64,000 nucleotides of DNA from assembly GCA_930990975.1 (NCBI GenBank), contig CAKNRR010000002.1, forward strand, positions 204-64,203, in the 5' to 3' direction. Made by a program: the position numbers and the translations under genes. Shown here piece by piece: positions 57,110 through 64,000 of the stretch. The notes under the pieces were generated by a model that had not been told where the DNA came from, ran no database searches, and saw only the letters and a program-made list of their open reading frames with translations. The DNA comes from an uncultured Clostridia bacterium. GTDB taxonomy: Bacteria; Bacillota; Clostridia; Christensenellales; UBA1242. Every line of letters begins with the position of its first letter. The first letter of the stretch is position 1.

Positions 57110-59005
57110 ATGGAGTTTTATGCCAAAGGTCAATTATCTTTTTTGATATTAACTTGTTTGCTCGAAAGAGATTTCTATGGGCTTGATTTTATAAGTGAGA
57201 TATATAATAAAAGCAATGGGCGCATAGAATTAAAAAAGCCTAGTGTTTATTCTAACCTAACCAGAATGGAAAAACAAGGTTATGTTTCATCCTATTTAAA
57301 AAGTAGTGATGTTGGACCTAATAGAAAATATTATTCTATTACTGAGAAAGGAAGAGGTTTTTATAAAGAACTTCAGGAGTATTTTGCAAGAAATAAAATA
57401 GATGTTTTTAGAGATTTCCAAGACGAAGAAGATGTAAGTAATAAATCAGTAAATTTGAAAACTTCTATTTTTGGAAATAAAGATTATACTCAAGCAAGTA
57501 TAGAAGAAGATGAAGAAAACAATGAAGAAATAAATAGTTATATTGAAGAGGAAGCTGATAGCGATTATTTTGATTTCTCAAATTTGAGTAATGATCAGTC
57601 TGACAAAAAACAAGACAATAAAAGCGAAGTTATTGAAAAAAGTGAAACTCGTGAAATTGTTTCATCTTCAAATGATTCCCCTGCTCCTAGCACTATAATG
57701 AGTGAAAGTTTCGAGGAAAAGAATGTTCAAGTTCAAGAAGAAAAATATGATAAAACTACAGTTGATTCAGGGAATAATACATATTCAATAAGATCATTGT
57801 TATCTAATAAAAATAATGATGAAAATGCTTCTGATAAAAGCTTGATTGAAAGCAATGAAAACTCTAATGTGGCAGAAGATACTTCAAACAATAAGCAACA
57901 AGAAGAGAAAAAGGATGATGGAGTTTTCTTAAGCGATAAAACAATTAAAGAATATAACAAAAGACTGTATGATATATCAAAAGATATTAACAAATATAAA
58001 AGAAAAAGAAGTTTTGCAGAAGATCAAATGTCTTTTACTGTCGAGTCGCCTTTAGCTGAGTCAAATGAAAGAACCAAGGCGAATATTGAGGAATTTAAGT
58101 CTTCTATTTTGGAGAATAAGGGTAAGATATCAACAGAAAATAATAATTATGATTTTGCAAAACAAATGTCTTACAGATATAGAAATAATGCCAATGTTAG
58201 AGAGGATACTTCCCCTATTCAAAACAACTATTATCAAAAACCTACGAATAACATACAGAACGAAAGTGCACCACAAGATGACGGAAAATTTATAACTAAT
58301 CGTATAGAGGTGTCTCAGATTGAAAGAGCTAAAAAAATAGAACCTCCAAGGCTAAAAATTGTTCCAGAAACCTCTTCAAGAGATAGTTATAAGATGCCAC
58401 CTCCTAAAAGAGATGTAAATATTGACCCTTCTCATAAAGAAATATTGTCAAAGTTATATTCAAAAACAAAAAATTCTGATGCTATGGATATAAGAGAAGA
58501 TGCTCTATATGACTATGGAGATTTACAAGAATTTTATAAAGATCAGAACATTGAATTTAGCGTTTATAAAAAGCCTGCAGAAAAGAATGAACATAACACA
58601 AATAAGCTCTATTTAATAGTTTCTTTGATAACTTTCTTTGTAGCAAGCGCTATGTCAGCTATCTTGTATACAATTCTTTATAATACATCTTTGTTAAATA
58701 GCTCAACAACATTTTTATATATCTTGCTCCCAGCATTATTATTAATTGATATTGCTTGGAAGTTCTACAACTACAAAAAATATCTAGGTTGGCTACCTTC
58801 TCAAATGTTGCCACAATGGAAAATTTGGGCTATAACATTTTTATTAATTGGATGTGTAGTAGGTCTTAATTTTATATTTGGTTTAGCACCTTCAACATTT
58901 GCACAATTTGCAACAACAACATTATTACCTATTGTTATAATATTTGTTGTTATGCCACTAAGATATTATGTTAAGAGATATTTACTTATTAAATATTGGA
59001 AATAA
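57110..59005 (+). CDS. PadR-family winged-helix domain fused to a ~400-aa disordered linker and a C-terminal multi-TM domain
   Basis: N-terminus LILTCLLERDFYGLDFISEI...PSVYSNLTRMEKQGYVSSY...RKYYSITEKGRGFY (PadR). D/E/N/S/K-rich low complexity follows. The last ~130 aa hold four hydrophobic helices. Confidence 0.7.
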   Translation: MEFYAKGQLSFLILTCLLERDFYGLDFISEIYNKSNGRIELKKPSVYSNLTRMEKQGYVSSYLKSSDVGPNRKYYSITEKGRGFYKELQEYFARNKIDVFRDFQDEEDVSNKSVNLKTSIFGNKDYTQASIEEDEENNEEINSYIEEEADSDYFDFSNLSNDQSDKKQDNKSEVIEKSETREIVSSSNDSPAPSTIMSESFEEKNVQVQEEKYDKTTVDSGNNTYSIRSLLSNKNNDENASDKSLIESNENSNVAEDTSNNKQQEEKKDDGVFLSDKTIKEYNKRLYDISKDINKYKRKRSFAEDQMSFTVESPLAESNERTKANIEEFKSSILENKGKISTENNNYDFAKQMSYRYRNNANVREDTSPIQNNYYQKPTNNIQNESAPQDDGKFITNRIEVSQIERAKKIEPPRLKIVPETSSRDSYKMPPPKRDVNIDPSHKEILSKLYSKTKNSDAMDIREDALYDYGDLQEFYKDQNIEFSVYKKPAEKNEHNTNKLYLIVSLITFFVASAMSAILYTILYNTSLLNSSTTFLYILLPALLLIDIAWKFYNYKKYLGWLPSQMLPQWKIWAITFLLIGCVVGLNFIFGLAPSTFAQFATTTLLPIVIIFVVMPLRYYVKRYLLIKYWK

Positions 59006-59032
59006 AAAATCTCTAAAATTAGAGATTTTTTA
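59004..59032. terminator. Bidirectional terminator between convergent genes
   Basis: AAAAAATCTCTA-aaat-TAGAGATTTTTT. Confidence 0.7.
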
Positions 59033-59623
59033 TTTTTGTTTTGATTTAGTAAAGCTGAGTAATAGATCAATAAATAAGAAAATGATGATTATCAATAAAG
59101 AAAACATTAATATATAAGTTATTGAATTTGAGAAGATTGTACATAAAATAGTGATTGTTAAGGATGATATAAAAGCCCCTATTGATATGGCTATAAAAGC
59201 ATAATGAATGTTTAAATTTGTTAATCCGGCTATCAGGCTACCAGTCCATACTCCAGTTAAAGGCAATGGGACTGCCACAAATGCAGTTAATGCTAGATAT
59301 TTCTTAAAGTTCGATTTTTGGTTGTTAACTCTTATGCTTTTTGAATTATATTTTTGTAAGAACCTGCTTGTTACAAATCCTGTCGTCTTAGATTTGATTT
59401 TTCTTATTATTAAAACAATTATATAGTAAGGAATTATTGACCCTATAAAAGAAATTAAGAAAGCTAAAATTGGAGATAAACTATTAGAACCCCATATTGT
59501 TGAATTCATGGCCAAAGGTATTGAAATTTTGCTTTCCAAAGTTGGGCACATTGAAATTAACAAAACAGCCAACCATACGCAATTTGAAAAATTATCACTG
59601 AAAAAATCTATTATAAAATCCAT
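59030..59623 (-). CDS. Small multidrug export-like membrane protein (COG2426 / PF06695-like)
   Basis: FVAVPLPLTGVWTGSLIAGL matches the family hallmark FVAIPLPGTGAWTGAL. N-terminal CPTLESKISIPLAM sits in place of PIVELRGAIP. Confidence 0.6.
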   Translation of the reverse strand: MDFIIDFFSDNFSNCVWLAVLLISMCPTLESKISIPLAMNSTIWGSNSLSPILAFLISFIGSIIPYYIIVLIIRKIKSKTTGFVTSRFLQKYNSKSIRVNNQKSNFKKYLALTAFVAVPLPLTGVWTGSLIAGLTNLNIHYAFIAISIGAFISSLTITILCTIFSNSITYILMFSLLIIIIFLFIDLLLSFTKSKQK

Positions 59624-59921
59624 ATTATATAATATTAAATTTAAAAAGATATTATGCTTAAGATTTATTTCGCTTTATAATAAAAACTATATGATATTAT
59701 GATTTTATTATCATAAAATTTAAAAAATTCTGACGGATTTAAGTGGTATGACTCATTCTGTCACATAGTATGCAAGAAAATGTCAGTACCGCACAAATAA
59801 GGTCGTAGCTCTGCATGGTGATGTGTTATAAATTAATAAAATCAATAATTCTGCAAAGCTCTAATCAATAAAATATAATTTTATTTTAGTAAAAGGAAAT
59901 TATCTGTATGGGTTAAATGAA

Positions 59922-59958
59922 AATAAAAAAACACTCTAACATTTGGTTAAAGTGTTCT
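59922..59958 (-). terminator. Terminator of rny (minus strand)
   Basis: Minus strand reads GAACACTTTAAC-caaat-GTTAGAGTGTT followed by a T run. Confidence 0.65.
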
Positions 59959-60016
59959 TTTTGGGCTTTTAAAATTCGCCGACATTTGGCTTAAGTTTGA
60001 ATTTGTTTAGCTTATT

Positions 60017-61606
60017 TTATTTCGCTGTTTCTGTAAACCTGCTTTCTCTTATAACAACAACTTTGATTTGTCCAGGATATTGCATCTCATTTTCAATTCG
60101 TTTTGTTATATCTTTAGCTAGAACAACTGCTTCGCTGTCCCCTATTTGGTCTGGCTTTACAATGATTCTTACTTCTCTTCCAGCTTGAATAGCATATGCT
60201 TTTTCAACACCTTTGAAATCACTGCAAATTTCTTCAAGTTGTTGAAGTCGTTTGATATAGTTTTCAAAGCTTTCTCGTCTAGCTCCCGGTCTAGTGCTTG
60301 ATATAGCATCAGCAACCTGAACTATAACAGCTTCAACACTATTGAATGGTACATCGCCATGGTGAGCTTGTATACAATGTATAACTTCAGGTGTTTCTTT
60401 ATATTTTTTTGCAAGATCTACACCAATTGAAACATGTGTTCCTTCGACTTCATGGTCGAGTGCTTTTCCTATGTCGTGTAACAATCCACCTCTTTTAGCG
60501 ACTGCCACATTTGCACCTAATTCAGTTGCTAATAGACCTGCAATAATTGATGTTTCAATACTATGTTTTAAGCAATTTTGCCCATAGCTTGTACGATATT
60601 TTAAGCGACCTAAAACCTTGATAAGTTCAGGATTTAGATTGTATATTCCAACATCATTGCAAGCATTTTCACCAGCTTCTTTAATTGTTTTTTCAACTTC
60701 TTTAGTAGATTTATCTACGATTTCTTCTATTCTTGCAGGATGGATTCTGCCGTCTACAATCAATTTCTCAATACTTAGACGAGCAATTTCTCTTCTGACA
60801 GGATCAAAACTTGAAATTGTTATTGATTCAGGTGTATCATCGACAATTAATTCAACACCGGTTACGCTTTCAATTGATCTAATATTTCTTCCTTCTCTTC
60901 CGATAATTCTGCCCTTCATTTCATCGTTAGGCAAAGTAACAGATGTAACTGTTGTTTCAGAAGATAAGTCTGTTGCACATCTTTGAATGGCTGTGACTAC
61001 GATTTCGCGTGCTATTTTATCTGCGTTTTCTTTAGCTTCATCTTCAATTCTTTTTATAATTATTCCAGCATCTTTTTTAGCTTCTTCTGTCACATTTTCA
61101 AGCAGTATATCTTTTGCTTCTTTTTTTGTTAAACCAGAAATTTTTTCCAGCTTTTCGAGCATTTGTTCTTTTATCTCTTCGTGCTCTTTTATTTTGTCAT
61201 TTAATTGTTGTTTATTAAGCTCTAATTGAGCCTTTTCATTGTCTAATTGTTCAGTTTTATTATCTAGTAAAGTTTCTTTTTTAGTAAGATATTCCTCTCT
61301 TTGGTCAAGTCTTTCTTCTTGTTTTTGTAATTCTCCTCGTCTTTCTTTAGCTTCATTATTGGCTTCATCTCTAACTTTTTGCGCCTCTTCTTTAGCTTCT
61401 AGCAAGGATTCTTTTTTTATGCTTTTTGCTTCTGCATACGCCTCTTCAATGATCTTTACAGCATTATTTTTGCTTTTATCAATTTTTTTGTTAGCGACTA
61501 TTTTGTATACTATAGCTCCAAGTATTGCTCCGACTAATAAAGCAAGTACTCCACTTACAATACCGGCGGTTACAGCAGCATTGCATATTATGCTTAAACT
61601 GCTCAT
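60017..61606 (-). CDS. rny: Ribonuclease Y
   Basis: N-terminal TM, K/E coiled coil, KH ([12 protein letters not shown]), HD (GLLHDIGKA...HHGD). Confidence 0.9.
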   Translation of the reverse strand: MSSLSIICNAAVTAGIVSGVLALLVGAILGAIVYKIVANKKIDKSKNNAVKIIEEAYAEAKSIKKESLLEAKEEAQKVRDEANNEAKERRGELQKQEERLDQREEYLTKKETLLDNKTEQLDNEKAQLELNKQQLNDKIKEHEEIKEQMLEKLEKISGLTKKEAKDILLENVTEEAKKDAGIIIKRIEDEAKENADKIAREIVVTAIQRCATDLSSETTVTSVTLPNDEMKGRIIGREGRNIRSIESVTGVELIVDDTPESITISSFDPVRREIARLSIEKLIVDGRIHPARIEEIVDKSTKEVEKTIKEAGENACNDVGIYNLNPELIKVLGRLKYRTSYGQNCLKHSIETSIIAGLLATELGANVAVAKRGGLLHDIGKALDHEVEGTHVSIGVDLAKKYKETPEVIHCIQAHHGDVPFNSVEAVIVQVADAISSTRPGARRESFENYIKRLQQLEEICSDFKGVEKAYAIQAGREVRIIVKPDQIGDSEAVVLAKDITKRIENEMQYPGQIKVVVIRESRFTETAK

Positions 61607-61848
61607 AATTACCCCTTTTTAAGATAGTATAAACTACCATAAAAAGTATATAACAATGAATTTATAAAGTCAAATAAAATAAGATATTATAGAAATATTT
61701 TAAAAATGTTTAGTAAATTTTTACATCAATTTATTTCGCTTGCTACCCCTTGAAATTGGTTTTGCTAGATTTTGCATATTAAAAATATAAAAAGAAAAAT
61801 GGTGTGAAACCTCGTATTAAAAAACACAAATTATAAGGACTTTAAAGA

Positions 61849-62991
<1,143 letters not shown>

Positions 62992-63075
62992 TTATACTAT
63001 TCTTTTATAATTTTTTAATTCACATAATTACTATATTTAGTATTATGTATGACATATTATTTAAAATATATTGTA

Positions 63076-64000
63076 TTATTCTATAAACATAGCATCACCA
63101 AAAGAAAAGAATCTATACTTTTCTTTTACTGCTTCATGATAGATATTCATAGTTTCGTCATACCCTGCAAATGCAGAAACCAGCATAATAAGAGTACTTT
63201 CTGGTAAGTGAAAATTTGTTATAAGAGCATCTACGACTTTGAATTTATAAGATGGATAAATAAAAATATCTGTTTCTCTTTTTTGTGGTATAATTTGACC
63301 ATTGTCATCTGCACAACTTTCTAATACTCTAACAGATGTAGTGCCTACCGCAATTATTCTTCTATGTTCACTTTTAGCTTTATTAAGTTTAGAAGCATTT
63401 TCTTCAGTCATCTCAATATATTCACTATGCATTTCATGAGCGAGTATATTGTCTTCTTTGACTGGTCGGAAAGTGCCCAATCCAACATGTAATAAAACCT
63501 CAATAATTTGTACACCCTTCTCTTTTATCTTTTCTAGCAATTCTTTAGTGAAATGTAATCCTGCTGTTGGTGCAGCTGAAGAACCTTCCACTTTTGAATA
63601 TATGGTTTGATATCTATTTTTATCTTTCAATTTTTCATGAATATATGGAGGCAATGGCATTTGTCCTACTTCCTCTAGTCGTTCTTCGAACACTCCTTCA
63701 AAATTAAATTTTATAATACAGCTGCCATAATCTTTCTTTTCAATTATTTTACCAGACAATAACTTGCTAAATACTATTTCAGTTCCTACTTTAAGGCGCT
63801 TAAAAGGTTTTGCTATGATCTCCCATGTTGTTAAGTCTATTCGTTTTTGAAGTAATACTTCTATTTTTGCACCCGTATCTTTATAGCCAAATAATCTTGC
63901 AGGTAAAACTTTGGTATTGTTGATTACTAATACATCCCCCTTTTTTAAATAATCTACAATATCTCGAAAAATTTTATGATTGATTGTTTTATCTTCTCTG
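63076..64000 (-). CDS. queA: S-adenosylmethionine:tRNA ribosyltransferase-isomerase QueA (5-prime end cut by the window edge)
   Basis: C-terminal part [36 protein letters not shown]. The reading frame stays open upstream of the track ATG to position 64000 (...[18 protein letters not shown]). Confidence 0.9.
   Translation of the reverse strand, partial: REDKTINHKIFRDIVDYLKKGDVLVINNTKVLPARLFGYKDTGAKIEVLLQKRIDLTTWEIIAKPFKRLKVGTEIVFSKLLSGKIIEKKDYGSCIIKFNFEGVFEERLEEVGQMPLPPYIHEKLKDKNRYQTIYSKVEGSSAAPTAGLHFTKELLEKIKEKGVQIIEVLLHVGLGTFRPVKEDNILAHEMHSEYIEMTEENASKLNKAKSEHRRIIAVGTTSVRVLESCADDNGQIIPQKRETDIFIYPSYKFKVVDALITNFHLPESTLIMLVSAFAGYDETMNIYHEAVKEKYRFFSFGDAMFIE

Noticed and set aside
60618-61622. 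Three consecutive plus-strand ORFs (60618..60986, 60987..61229, 61239..61622) opposite rny.
   Set aside because: They mirror the K/E-rich coiled-coil and KH/HD coding region of RNase Y. They are Ser/Leu/Phe low complexity with no start context.

Overview
This is a visibly AT-rich, gene-dense chromosomal window from an endospore-forming low-GC Firmicute with Clostridia-like gene order.

Content: nearly all of it is core housekeeping and sporulation. In order: spoIIAA-spoIIAB-sigF, spoVAC-AD-AE, yunB, dnaG-rpoD, recJ-rel-hemZ-like, rpsO-pnp, a class-V desulfurase with DUF3343, lysS, nth, obg-yhbY, rsfS, ywlE-like-rpiB, gap, tig-clpP-clpX, one tRNA-Leu, T-box-pheS-pheT-cysteine desulfurase-thiI, argR-recN-spoIVB, a XerS-like recombinase, serS, rny, tgt and queA (cut by the window end). 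I found no CRISPR array, transposase, prophage or recognisable canonical defence operon.

What stands out:
1. Left edge: a large repeat-rich surface-protein gene whose putative promoter spacer is mostly a G9 homopolymer. Its reading frame is split by one in-frame TAA. This is a candidate phase-variable locus.
2. About 54.6-57.1 kb: an orphan, apparently catalytically degenerate nucleotidyltransferase-fold protein with a poly-basic insert. It is followed by about 790 nt with no track ORF (60 aa or longer) that carries a 16-bp perfect hairpin, three CCCC(T) motifs and an orphan bidirectional terminator.
3. The only long RelA/SpoT homologue has lost the HD hydrolase signature.
4. The tRNA-Leu reads as anticodon AAG (A34).
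5. An orphan EncFtn-like mini-ferritin has no encapsulin neighbour.
6. A family of intergenic palindromes shares the arm TATTATGC/GCATAATA.
7. An Asn/Tyr-rich lipoprotein is wedged between sigF and the spoVA genes.
8. A PadR domain is fused to a long disordered linker and a membrane domain.

Limits: CDS coordinates follow the supplied ORF track, with starts adjusted where an RBS-backed internal start is better. Small motifs were counted by hand and may be off by 1-2 nt. All family assignments rest on motif recognition, not searches.
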